Assembly: GCA_036493875.1 (NCBI GenBank)
Contig: DASXPB010000054.1
Coordinates: forward strand, 5,764-69,763
DNA: 64,000 nt
Direction of reading: 5' to 3'
Source of the DNA: Thermoanaerobaculia bacterium
GTDB lineage: Bacteria > Acidobacteriota > Thermoanaerobaculia > UBA5066 > Gp7-AA6
In this document: positions 1-9,002 of the stretch, in pieces
How the letters are laid out: each line of letters opens with the position of its first letter
Position numbering within the stretch: position 1 is the stretch's first letter
Notes under the pieces: generated by a model
Database searches by the model: none
What the model was told of the DNA's origin: nothing
The model's input: the letters and a program-made list of their open reading frames with translations, nothing else
Program-made: the position numbers and the translations under genes

Positions 1-225
1 GGGACGACTCCGGTCCAGTCCGTCAAGCTCTACGAGGCGATCCGCGGCAACGGCGGGACGGCGCGCCTCGTCATGCTTCCGCACGAGCCCCACTGGTACT
101 CGGCATTGGAGTCCAACGAGCAGCTCGCCTACGAGGAGCTCCGCTGGTTCGACACCTACGTCAAGAACGCGCCGGCGCGCGGGAACGCCGTGGAGACGAA
201 GGCAGGGGCCGCGAAGAAGCCCTGA
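1..225 (+). CDS. 3' fragment of an S9-family serine peptidase / alpha-beta hydrolase (5' end outside the window)
   Basis: Frame 1 is open from base 1 to TGA 223-225. The sequence ...GGTARLVMLPHEPHWYSALESNEQLAYEELRWFDTYV... resembles the catalytic-His C-terminal region of prolyl-oligopeptidase-family enzymes. Confidence 0.5.
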   Translation, partial: GTTPVQSVKLYEAIRGNGGTARLVMLPHEPHWYSALESNEQLAYEELRWFDTYVKNAPARGNAVETKAGAAKKP

Positions 226-246
226 CCGCTTGGATCCCGAGAGGGG

Positions 247-1605
247 TCAGGCCGGCCCCAGCCGCTCCGCGATCAGCCGGTCGGCGCGCGCGAGGTCGAC
301 GTCGGCGATGCTCGCCGCCTGTCTCGTCAGCTCGTCGAGGATCTCCTCCTGGATCGCTCCCCGCCGCTGTGCCTCCGCGTAGGGAATCGTGTGGAACATC
401 ACCATCGAGTAGCGGGGGATGAATCGTCCGGGGTGCCTCTCCTCGAGACGGAAGGAGAGGTCCTTCTTCAACTGGAACTTCGGCTCGCGGACGGTCGACC
501 GCATCTCGACGTAGTTCTCGAGGGCCATGTCCGCGATCGCATCGGTGTTGGGCCGGCGCAGCCTCTCGAATTCGGCGAAGACGTCGTTCCACGGGCGATC
601 CGAACTCGCCTCTGCCAGGCACCGATCGAAGGCGCTGCAGTCCTCGAACGCCGCGTTCATGCCCTGCCCGTGAAAGGGAACGATCGCGTGCGCCGCGTCG
701 CCGAGGATGAGCGCCTGGTCCTCGAACGACCAGGGCTCGCACCGGATGGTCTCCAGATGGCCGGTGGGATTTCCGAAGAAGTCTTCGACGAGGCGGGGCA
801 TGATCGGAATCGCGTCGGCGAAGCGGCGCGCGAAGAGCGCGAGCACGGCCTCGGGGGTCCTCAGGGCCTCGAAGCTCTCGGCTCCTCGTTGCGGCAGGAA
901 GAGCGTGGCCGTGAAGCTTCCGTCGGCGTTGGGGAGCGCGATCAGCATGTACTCGCCTCGCGGCCAGATGTGCAGGGCGTTCTTCTCCATCTGGAACCCG
1001 CCGCCTTCCCCTCCCTTCGCCGGGATCGAGAGCTCCTTGTACCCGTGACCGAGCGGCTCCTCGTCGAGGCGTCCGCGCGTCCTCTCCAGGATCGCGGCGC
1101 GGACGGCCGAGGCGCTTCCGTCCGTCCCGATGAGGACGTCGTAGCGAGCCGCCTGCGGCAGCACCCGGCGATCATCGAAGTCGACGCCGCGGACCGTCTC
1201 CCCGAAGCGGATCGAGACTCGGCCGGTCGCCTCGGCGGCGTTCACGAGGAGCGTGTTCAGGCCGCCGCGCGAGACCGAGTAGATGACCTCGTGCGGCTTG
1301 TTCCCGTAGGGAATCAGCTTGAGCCGTCCCTCCTCGTCGTGAAGCATCCGGCCGGCCATGGGGATGAGCGCGGCGCCGACGCTGTCCATGACGCCGACCT
1401 CTTCGAGCGCCGCGATGCCGCGATTGGCGAGCGCAAGGTTGATGGATCGCCCGGCCGATCCCGCCACCGTCACGTTTCGGGGATCGGGGCGGCGCTCGAG
1501 GAGCGTCACGCGGTAGCCGCGACGGGCGAGGAAGATTGCCAGAAGCGAGCCGGCGAGACCGGCGCCGACGAGCGTGATCTCGGAAGTGGAGCGGGGGGAT
1601 TTCAG
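247..1605 (-). CDS. kmo: kynurenine 3-monooxygenase (FAD-dependent)
   Basis: The track ORF 247..1509 starts at GTG. It has flavin-monooxygenase motifs TDGSASAVR and LILGDAAHAIVPFHGQGMNAAFED. The Rossmann motif ITLVGAGLAGS is encoded upstream at 1546-1578, in frame, so I extend to CTG 1605. An in-frame stop lies at 1630-1632. The start is unresolved. Confidence 0.85.
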   Translation of the reverse strand: MKSPRSTSEITLVGAGLAGSLLAIFLARRGYRVTLLERRPDPRNVTVAGSAGRSINLALANRGIAALEEVGVMDSVGAALIPMAGRMLHDEEGRLKLIPYGNKPHEVIYSVSRGGLNTLLVNAAEATGRVSIRFGETVRGVDFDDRRVLPQAARYDVLIGTDGSASAVRAAILERTRGRLDEEPLGHGYKELSIPAKGGEGGGFQMEKNALHIWPRGEYMLIALPNADGSFTATLFLPQRGAESFEALRTPEAVLALFARRFADAIPIMPRLVEDFFGNPTGHLETIRCEPWSFEDQALILGDAAHAIVPFHGQGMNAAFEDCSAFDRCLAEASSDRPWNDVFAEFERLRRPNTDAIADMALENYVEMRSTVREPKFQLKKDLSFRLEERHPGRFIPRYSMVMFHTIPYAEAQRRGAIQEEILDELTRQAASIADVDLARADRLIAERLGPA

Positions 1606-1611
1606 GAAGCC

Positions 1612-1725
1612 CCCCTCACCCTGACCCTCTCACCCCGCTGGGGGGAGAGGTAATGTTTGGGGAGGACCTCGCCAAAGGACTCCCTCGCCCCCCGAAGGGG
1701 GGAGAGGGCAGGGGTGAGGGGGGAG
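1612..1725. repeat. GC-rich composite palindromic intergenic repeat (family 2), two inverted copies
   Basis: cccctcaccctgaccctctc (1612-1631) is nearly the reverse complement of gagagggcaggggtgagggg (1702-1721). Each half also folds locally (ccctc.cccc / gggg.gaggg). A third copy lies at 50445-50486. Confidence 0.7.
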
Positions 1726-1732
1726 AACAGGC

Positions 1733-3010
1733 TCACAGCGCCCCGCGCAGGATCTCGACGAACCGCCAAACCTCCTCGTACCGGTTGTAGAGGGGCACCG
1801 GCGCCACGCGGATCACGTCGGGCTCCCGCCAGTCGCAGGTGACGCGGGAGGCTTCGAGCTTCTCGAGGACCGATCTTCCCGGACGCTTCGACTTGACGCG
1901 CAACGAGAGCTGACAGCCGCGCCGGCTCGGGTCCGCCGGGGTGAGGATCTCGACCGCATCGCCGAACTCGCGCTCAAGAAGCCATTCGAGGTACGCGGTG
2001 AGGCGCAGCGATTTCTCCCGCAGCGGCACGATTCCCCCCGCCTCCAGGAAGACGTCGAGCGAAGCACGGATCGACGCGAGCGAGAGGATCGGAGGGTTCG
2101 AGAGCTGCCATCCTTCCGCGCCGGGGATCGGCTGGAATCCGCTCTCCATCCGGAAGCGCGACGCCTTGTCGTGTCCCCACCAGCCGGCCAGGCGCGGCAG
2201 GTCGGCTCGCCGTCCGTGCCGCTCGTGGACGAAGCATCCGCCCACCGAGCCGGGGCCCGAATTGAGGTACTTGTAGGTGCACCAGACGGCGAAGTCGACG
2301 TTCCAATCGTGGAGGCGCAGCGAGAGGTTTCCGGCCGCGTGGGCCATGTCGAACCCCACCACACATCCCTTCGCATGGGCGACTCGGGTGATCTCCTCGA
2401 TGTCAAAGGCCTGGCCCGTGTAGTACTGGACTCCCGGGAGCATCACCAGCGCGATCGAGCCCTCCTCGCGCTGGAGGACCTCGGCGATCTCTCCGGCGTC
2501 GATGGTGGCGCACCCCTTTCGCGGCCGCAGCCGCATGAGCGCCTCGGCCGGGTCGAAGCCGTGGAAGCGGGCCTGGGACTCGAGCGCGTAGTCGTCCGAG
2601 GGGAACGCGTGCTCCTCGAGGAGGATCCGGTGCCGCTCGCTGGTGGGCCGATAGAAGCTCGCCATCATCAGGTGGAGGTTGACGGTGAGCGAGTTCATCG
2701 TCACGACTTCGCCCGGGGAGGCGCCCACCAGTCGGGCCATCGGCTCCGCGAGGAGCTCGTGGTACGGCATCCACGGGTTCTCGCCGGAGAAGTGCGCCTT
2801 GACGGCGAGCCGCTTCCACTTCTCGAGCTCCTCCACGACGTATCTCGGGGTTCTCTTCGGCATCAGCCCCAGCGAGTTGCCGGCGAAGTAGATCTCCTCC
2901 TCGCCGCTGTCGCTCCTGGGAATGCGGAATTCGTCCCGGAACCGCCCGATGGGATCGTCGCGATCCAGGGCGACCGCGAAGTCGCGTCCGGGCTGGAAAG
3001 GCTCGCTCAC
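1733..3010 (-). CDS. kynU: kynureninase (PLP-dependent)
   Basis: 425-aa ORF with a GTG start. Motifs: DDPIGRFRDEFRIP, NSLTVNLHLMM, and DFAVWCTYKYLNSGPG, which carries the PLP-lysine context typical of kynureninase. Confidence 0.9.
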   Translation of the reverse strand: MSEPFQPGRDFAVALDRDDPIGRFRDEFRIPRSDSGEEEIYFAGNSLGLMPKRTPRYVVEELEKWKRLAVKAHFSGENPWMPYHELLAEPMARLVGASPGEVVTMNSLTVNLHLMMASFYRPTSERHRILLEEHAFPSDDYALESQARFHGFDPAEALMRLRPRKGCATIDAGEIAEVLQREEGSIALVMLPGVQYYTGQAFDIEEITRVAHAKGCVVGFDMAHAAGNLSLRLHDWNVDFAVWCTYKYLNSGPGSVGGCFVHERHGRRADLPRLAGWWGHDKASRFRMESGFQPIPGAEGWQLSNPPILSLASIRASLDVFLEAGGIVPLREKSLRLTAYLEWLLEREFGDAVEILTPADPSRRGCQLSLRVKSKRPGRSVLEKLEASRVTCDWREPDVIRVAPVPLYNRYEEVWRFVEILRGAL

Positions 3011-3134
3011 CGTGAAGCAGTCGCGCGCGGGTCTATGGCCAGCACTCGGCGCCGCGGCATCGGGCTCACTCTATCAAGGGAGCGTCGAAGGACGGCGACC
3101 CGCGTCCGGGAATGCGCCGTGTTGTCAACGAGCG

Positions 3135-6100
3135 TTAGAACGCCACCCGGATCCCGGCGCGGAAGATGCGCGGGCTCTGGAAGTCCTGGACCTGGTTGAA
3201 GCGGTCGTCGGGCTGGAACGGGGGGCCGGGGTCGCTCCGGTCGTTGTAGATCCCGACTCGGGCGTGCCGGCCGAGAACCGTGTTCGCGTTGAGAGCATTG
3301 AAGACCTCGAGCGACGGCGTGATGCTCACCGGGCCGAGGATGAACGTGTTCTGGATGCGCAGGTCGAGCTCGTACACGTCCGGCAGGCGATAGGTGCCGG
3401 TCGGTGATGTGGGGATCGCGACCATCCCGGCCGGGCCATGCGTGAGGACCCGGACGACGTAAGCCTGCGCGAACCCCTGACGGCCGAGGAAACTTCCCGA
3501 GACCGCAAACCCGTGCGGGAGCTGATAGAGCCCGCTGAGACGGAAGACCCAGTCGGAAATCCCTCCCACATCGCCGCCGTCGAGGTTGCCGCCGGGGTCG
3601 TTCGGGTTGAAGATCGCCTCGGGGCTCACCGACTGCTTCCAGGAATTCCAGGAAAAGGTCCCCCGGAGCATCCATCGGTCGGAGAACGCCTTGACGAGCT
3701 GCAGGCCGACTCCCTGGTACGTCTGGCTATAGCCCGGGCGGTTGCGCAGCACGACACCCGTCGAAGGGATCGTCAGTCCGTAGTACGGCACGTCGAACGA
3801 GATCCCAAATCCCGATGGGTCCGCCACCGAGCCGCTCGCGTTGCCAATGTATTCGTACTCGCTGCCGCCCGAGGTCACACCGATGGGGGGCGTGAACGCG
3901 ATGGCCCGGATGGAGCGGTAGGTGTAGTGGACCGAGCCCGTGAGGCCCGCGAAGAGCTCCTGGTCCACGCCGACCACGGCCTCGTCGATCGTCGTTGGCT
4001 TCAGGCCCGGGCTGATCTGGTTGGGCGAGGTGGCCGCCCCGGGATTCGCCGGATCGACGCCGTAGGAGCCGTAGATGCCGCTGGCGAAGTCGATTTCGCC
4101 CAGATCCACGTGGTGCTTGGTGTTCGCGTCCGTCCAGTGGTAGTAGATTCCCTGCGTCAGGGGAAACGGGCTCGCGAGGCCGACCATGTCGAGAGCGAGG
4201 TCCGCGAACCGCGCGTAAGACGCTCGGAGCAGCGTCCTTCGCTTCTCCCCGAGCGCATAGGTCGCGCCGGCCCGCGGCTGCCAGCTGCCCGCCGAGATCG
4301 GGTAGCCGTGGTCGCCCGCGTAGTGCACGGCGGGAAGGATGTCGGGGTAGTCCGGGTTTGCGGGAACCGACGAGGCGATGTTGCGCGCCCGCGCATAGTC
4401 GTAGCGAACGCCTATGTTGACCGTCAGCCGCTCGGCCGTCACCGTGTCGCTGACGAATCCTCCGACGCGCTGCTGTTGATTCCCGGCGATGGCCGCGCGC
4501 GTGATGACCGCCAACCCGGACTCTTCGTCGCCCCAGACCTGCCTCCCCGGCAGCGACGAGGAGCTGTTGCTGGTCGCGTATCGATATCCGAATCCGACCT
4601 TGAGCTCATGGGACAGGTTGCCGGTGGTGAAGAACTTCGAGGCCGAGGCCCCGAATTGACGAACGATGGAGTCGTTGCTCGTGAAGCTCGAGCTCCCGCG
4701 GTACACGCCCTCCGAATCCAGGTATTGCGGCGTGCCGACGCCTCCGACCGGGGTCGAAGTCTGCGCGGCGTCCATGTACGCAAAGAATGCCGAGGCTGTC
4801 AGGCTCGGCGAAAAGACCTGAGTGTCGGCGACCTTGTAGATCGGCACCGGCTGAGTGAGATCCAGAGTGGACTCCGGCGCATAATTGGCGCAGCGGCCCG
4901 GGCACCGGCCATGCTGGGTCCGGTTCCCGTGATGGTAAAAGAGCTCGACGGAATTGCTCGCAGTGAGCTGGGCGTCCAGCCGCGCGTCGAAGTTCAGGAG
5001 CGTCGACTTCTCGCCGAACTCATGGCCTGCCGCGTCCACCTGCCCGACCTTCTGAACGTCGATCAGATTTGTGCCCCAGGCGCCCCAGATCCAGAGCCGG
5101 TCGGAAAGGATCGGCCCTCCGGCCTCGATGCCGTAGTCGCGGAGGACGTTGGTGCGGTTCGTCGTGATGCCCTCGGCGTCCACCTCCGGCGGGGTGTTCT
5201 CCGCCTGCCAGCGGCTCGGCGCATAGAAGTACCGGGCGAGCCCGTGGATCGCGTTCGTCCCGCGCCGGGTAACCAGGTTGAAGCTGGCGTTGCCGGTCAA
5301 CAGGCTCGCGTCCGAGCCGCCCGTGATGACCTGGATCTGCTGGAAGGAATCGAAGTTGTAGAACGTGGGCGAGATTCCACCCAGGGTGATGCCGGCGCCA
5401 TCCAGGTTGTAGTTGGTTCGGGTCGTTCCCTTCGAAATGACTTGCGGCTGGATCGCCGTGTTGCCCGCGACGTCGACCTGGTTGGTGACGACTCCCGGCA
5501 CGGCCCAGAGCGTCGCCCAGATTGTGCGCGGGGTCGGGATCTCCTGGAGCTCCTTCTCTCCGAACGTCGCTCCCGTGACCGTCTTGCGGCCGTCGATCGC
5601 CGGTGAGGCGCCGATCACCGTCACGGTTTCGGAAACTCCGGCAGACCTCATGGTGACGCGCAGCGGCGTGCTCCGGTCCACGACGACGGCGACCTGCTGG
5701 TAGTCCACGGTGGCGAGGCCCGTGAGCGAAAGGGTCACGGAATACGTCCCGGGAGAGAGGTACAGGAACCGGAACTTGCCGCGCGCGTCGGTCTGCACGG
5801 GGGCGCGCTCACCCGCGCCGACGAGCCTGGCCTCGACGCCGGGTAGCGCGTCGCCGTTCTCGTCCAGCACCGTTCCATGGATGTTGCCGGTCGAGAGCAG
5901 CGTCTGCGCGGCGAGCGATCCGGCGCCGAGCGCCAGAACGACGAGAGCCGCTACGGAGAACCGGCGATTCCCGATCTCTGACCTCCGCGGCCTCGAATTT
6001 GCCTCGGAGCGTTGCCGGGTCGAATCGAGCGCATTGCCGCGACGCGAACTACGTACGACGGCCCCCTGACCGTCGGCGCCGATTTGATGACGATCGAAAT

Positions 6101-6143
6101 CGGGCCCACCGTTCGCGTGCAGCCCTTCGTTCCCCCGGCGCAT
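3135..6143 (-). CDS. outer-membrane TonB-dependent-receptor-like protein with an N-terminal carboxypeptidase-regulatory-like domain
   Basis: 1002-aa ORF. It has a CarboxypepD_reg-like segment (GNIHGTVLDENGDALPGVEARLVG...GKFRFLYLSPGTYSV), then a plug-like region, a long beta-rich barrel, and a terminal ...GIRVAF. The signal-peptide-like RRFSVAALVVLALGAGSLAAQ begins about 60 aa after the only canonical start, so the start is uncertain. Confidence 0.8.
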   Translation of the reverse strand: MRRGNEGLHANGGPDFDRHQIGADGQGAVVRSSRRGNALDSTRQRSEANSRPRRSEIGNRRFSVAALVVLALGAGSLAAQTLLSTGNIHGTVLDENGDALPGVEARLVGAGERAPVQTDARGKFRFLYLSPGTYSVTLSLTGLATVDYQQVAVVVDRSTPLRVTMRSAGVSETVTVIGASPAIDGRKTVTGATFGEKELQEIPTPRTIWATLWAVPGVVTNQVDVAGNTAIQPQVISKGTTRTNYNLDGAGITLGGISPTFYNFDSFQQIQVITGGSDASLLTGNASFNLVTRRGTNAIHGLARYFYAPSRWQAENTPPEVDAEGITTNRTNVLRDYGIEAGGPILSDRLWIWGAWGTNLIDVQKVGQVDAAGHEFGEKSTLLNFDARLDAQLTASNSVELFYHHGNRTQHGRCPGRCANYAPESTLDLTQPVPIYKVADTQVFSPSLTASAFFAYMDAAQTSTPVGGVGTPQYLDSEGVYRGSSSFTSNDSIVRQFGASASKFFTTGNLSHELKVGFGYRYATSNSSSSLPGRQVWGDEESGLAVITRAAIAGNQQQRVGGFVSDTVTAERLTVNIGVRYDYARARNIASSVPANPDYPDILPAVHYAGDHGYPISAGSWQPRAGATYALGEKRRTLLRASYARFADLALDMVGLASPFPLTQGIYYHWTDANTKHHVDLGEIDFASGIYGSYGVDPANPGAATSPNQISPGLKPTTIDEAVVGVDQELFAGLTGSVHYTYRSIRAIAFTPPIGVTSGGSEYEYIGNASGSVADPSGFGISFDVPYYGLTIPSTGVVLRNRPGYSQTYQGVGLQLVKAFSDRWMLRGTFSWNSWKQSVSPEAIFNPNDPGGNLDGGDVGGISDWVFRLSGLYQLPHGFAVSGSFLGRQGFAQAYVVRVLTHGPAGMVAIPTSPTGTYRLPDVYELDLRIQNTFILGPVSITPSLEVFNALNANTVLGRHARVGIYNDRSDPGPPFQPDDRFNQVQDFQSPRIFRAGIRVAF

Positions 6144-6173
6144 TGAATCCGCCGGCGCTCGCCCCGACCGCGG

Positions 6174-8846
6174 TCACTTCGGCGCAACCCCCGCCCTCCA
6201 ATCGAGGACGACCGTGAGCGGGAGCTCGTCGGCGACGACCTCGGGAATCGTGACGAGGAACCGCTTGCCGTCCTGCGACATGCTGAAACCGAAGCGGTCT
6301 GCGCTGAACGCCTGTAGCCGCGGGCCCTTGAGCTTGAAGAGCGCCGTCGGCGATCCCACCTGGAGCGCCGGAGACGTTCGGACCGGAACCGACATCATCT
6401 GTCGGTCGGCCGAGACGTAGAAGAGCTCGCGGCCGTCCGGGCTCCACGTCAACAGCAAGGCGCCGGCGGGCGATACCCTGGTCTTCTCGCCCGGCCCCGG
6501 ATAAGGCATGACGTACGCCTCGGAGCGGCCGGACTCTCCCGAGAGAAAGGCGACGAAACGGCCGTCCGGCGAGAAGCGGACCTGCCCGATCTGGGAAGGA
6601 GACTTCAGAAGCAGAACCGGCTTGGCCGAACCAGAAAGGGGCCCCGCCCAGGCTTCGTAGACGCTCCTTTCGTCGCGCTCGGTATAAGCGAGGGTGCCCC
6701 CATCCGGGGAGATGTCTTGCGCCTGCTGGAACAATCCGGTCTTAGGGAAGAGCGGCTCCTCGTTCCCTGTCGCGAGATCCCGGAGGGAGAGCTGCGGCGA
6801 GCCTCCCCGGGCCACCGAGTACACGATGCGCTTTCCTTCCCGCAGACCCAGCGGGGATAGGTTGCCGCCCACCTCCGAGGTGATTCGCGTCTCGACCCCG
6901 CGTTCCAGATCGAAAGACCAAATGTCGGGTGTCCCAGTCTCCGGCCGCGTGCGACCGAAGAAGACCCTCCGGCCATCCGGAGCAATCGAGAACGTCCTGT
7001 ATCCGCCGGGCGGCCCGACGGTCCCGACCTCGCGGCCGGTCCGGTCGAGCCAAACGAGACGGCTCACGTCGTCCCGGTCCTGATAGACCAGGACGCCGGA
7101 GCGCGACAACGCGAACGCCGCGGCGAAGGTCGTCAAGAAGTATCGGACATGCTCGGCGACCGAGAACGGCTCGCCCGACAGGCGTCCGGCCTTCCAGTCG
7201 AAGCGCTGTCCCAGCAGCGTCCCCTCCCGGCAGAACACGAGATAGCCGGGGTCGCAATACTGCACGGCCGAGACCATCGGCGCGAGAACGCGATGCGCTC
7301 TGCCCGGCTCGGCCAGCATCAGGTTCCCCGTGTTGCCCTTGAGCCGGACCAGATAGAGAAAGCGCTCGCCGTCCGGCAGAAACCACGGAAAAACCATCCG
7401 CAGCTCCCCGCGCGAAGGCTCGACTCGAGCGACCTCGACCGGCTCCCCGCCCGCAGAGGAGACGCGGTAAATCGCCGAGCTCTGGACACCGGAGAAGAGA
7501 ATGTCGCCGCCACGGCCCCAGGTCCCCGACTTGTCACCGCCGGCCGGAACATCACAGATCGGAACCGCCGCGCCGCCCGCGACGTCCACCTTCTTGAGCT
7601 TCAGCCCGCCGAAGAAACCGATCGATAGGCCGTCCGGCGACCAGAAAAGCGTCGAGGCGTCCTCGGTGCCCGGAATCGGGCGCGCTTCCAGCGCCGAGAG
7701 CCGCCGGACCCAGATGCGCGGCCCTGACTGCGCATCCGAGGCGACGTAGGCGATCTGCGAGCCGTCGGGCGCAACGGCGATGAATGTGCCCCCCGGCCTG
7801 TAGTTGAAGGCGCCGTTCTCCGGCGGCGGCACGCCGAATCGGACCAGGGCAGCCGGGGATCGTGCCGCCGCCGGCCGTAACAGCAGCGCCGCCGCGGCGA
7901 CGGCGGCGAGGACGGCGGCAACCGCCCAGGGCAGCCATCCGGCGCGGCGACGCGCCGGAGCGCCCGGCTCCGACGTGGGAAGAGAGACCTGTTCGGAGAT
8001 GGACCGGAGCTGCAAGGCGACGTCGCGAGCCGACTGCCAGCGCTCCGCCGGATCTTTGGCGAGGCAAGTCCTCACCAGCCGATCGAGAACCGGGGGGCTC
8101 ATGGGCTGAATCGAAGAGACCGGTGGAGGCTCCGAGCGCAGGATCGACGCGATCAAGGAGGCCTGGCTCGAGCCCGCGAACGCCTTCTTGCCGGTCGCCA
8201 TCTCGTAGAGCACGGAGCCGAAGGCGAAGATGTCCGTCCGCGCGTCGACTTCCCTTCCTTCGAGCTGCTCGGGCGCCATGTAGGGAATCGTGCCGAGGAG
8301 AGTCCCTTGCGTCGTCAAGTCCCTCGTGCGAGTCGGAGCCGACGTCTGGTCATCGATCGGCACGGCCGGGGCAGTGGCCTTCGCGAGCCCGAAGTCCAGT
8401 AGCTTCACTCCGGTCGTCGTCAGCATCACGTTGCCGGGCTTCAGGTCCCGATGGACGATTCCCGCGGCGTGCGCTGCCCCGAGAGCCTCGGCGATCTCGG
8501 TCCCATAGCGCAGGCTCTGCTCCAGGGAGAGCGCGCGGAAGCCGATGCGATGCGCCAGCGTGTCGCCCTCGAGGTACTCCATGACGAGGTACTCGATCTC
8601 CCCTTCGCGACCAACGTCGAAAAGAGCGCAGATGTGCGGGTGCGAGAGCTTGGAAATTGCCCTGGCTTCGCGCTCGAAGCGCTCGCGCAGCTCCGGCGAC
8701 GAGGAGAGCTCCTCGGGAAGGACCTTGATGGCGACCAAACGGTCCAACCGCGTGTCCCTCGCTCGATAGACCTCGCCCATCCCGCCCGCCCCGATCGGAG
8801 CGAGAATCTCGTAGGGCCCGAGGCGACTGCCGGTGGGAAGAGACAT
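6174..8846 (-). CDS. Ser/Thr protein kinase with a transmembrane segment and a C-terminal TolB/PD40-like beta-propeller
   Basis: 890 aa. Kinase motifs: [43 protein letters not shown]. One TM helix (WLPWAVAAVLAAVAAAALLL). Repeated SPDG motifs (WSPDG, IAPDG, ISPDG, FSPDG, WSPDG). Confidence 0.9.
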   Translation of the reverse strand: MSLPTGSRLGPYEILAPIGAGGMGEVYRARDTRLDRLVAIKVLPEELSSSPELRERFEREARAISKLSHPHICALFDVGREGEIEYLVMEYLEGDTLAHRIGFRALSLEQSLRYGTEIAEALGAAHAAGIVHRDLKPGNVMLTTTGVKLLDFGLAKATAPAVPIDDQTSAPTRTRDLTTQGTLLGTIPYMAPEQLEGREVDARTDIFAFGSVLYEMATGKKAFAGSSQASLIASILRSEPPPVSSIQPMSPPVLDRLVRTCLAKDPAERWQSARDVALQLRSISEQVSLPTSEPGAPARRRAGWLPWAVAAVLAAVAAAALLLRPAAARSPAALVRFGVPPPENGAFNYRPGGTFIAVAPDGSQIAYVASDAQSGPRIWVRRLSALEARPIPGTEDASTLFWSPDGLSIGFFGGLKLKKVDVAGGAAVPICDVPAGGDKSGTWGRGGDILFSGVQSSAIYRVSSAGGEPVEVARVEPSRGELRMVFPWFLPDGERFLYLVRLKGNTGNLMLAEPGRAHRVLAPMVSAVQYCDPGYLVFCREGTLLGQRFDWKAGRLSGEPFSVAEHVRYFLTTFAAAFALSRSGVLVYQDRDDVSRLVWLDRTGREVGTVGPPGGYRTFSIAPDGRRVFFGRTRPETGTPDIWSFDLERGVETRITSEVGGNLSPLGLREGKRIVYSVARGGSPQLSLRDLATGNEEPLFPKTGLFQQAQDISPDGGTLAYTERDERSVYEAWAGPLSGSAKPVLLLKSPSQIGQVRFSPDGRFVAFLSGESGRSEAYVMPYPGPGEKTRVSPAGALLLTWSPDGRELFYVSADRQMMSVPVRTSPALQVGSPTALFKLKGPRLQAFSADRFGFSMSQDGKRFLVTIPEVVADELPLTVVLDWRAGVAPK

Positions 8847-9002
8847 CAGTTGGCAAGGATTCTATCCGCGGAGGTTGGCCTGCGCTGGAAAGGCTCGCTC
8901 GACGCTATCCGGTTCCTCCGAAGCGCTCAACGGGAAGTCCGAGCCAGTCTCTGCGCCGGCGCGCAGCAACTCGACCGCCTCCGCGAACGCCTTCAGCCAA
9001 TC

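Noticed and set aside
391-1653. 420-aa plus-strand ORF antisense to kmo. The same applies to similar long antisense or out-of-frame ORFs (e.g. 2171..3199, 3438..5606, 8451..9722, 19834..21561, 19992..21233, 32387..34720, 32760..34649, 41883..43925, 44064..45716, 47121..48998, 48107..49489, 49025..50437, 49027..50856, 54419..56035).
   Set aside because: Each lies opposite to or out of frame with a gene that has clear family motifs. Their translations are Arg/Gly/Pro/Ala-rich low-complexity strings typical of non-coding frames in high-GC DNA, and none shows a recognisable domain.
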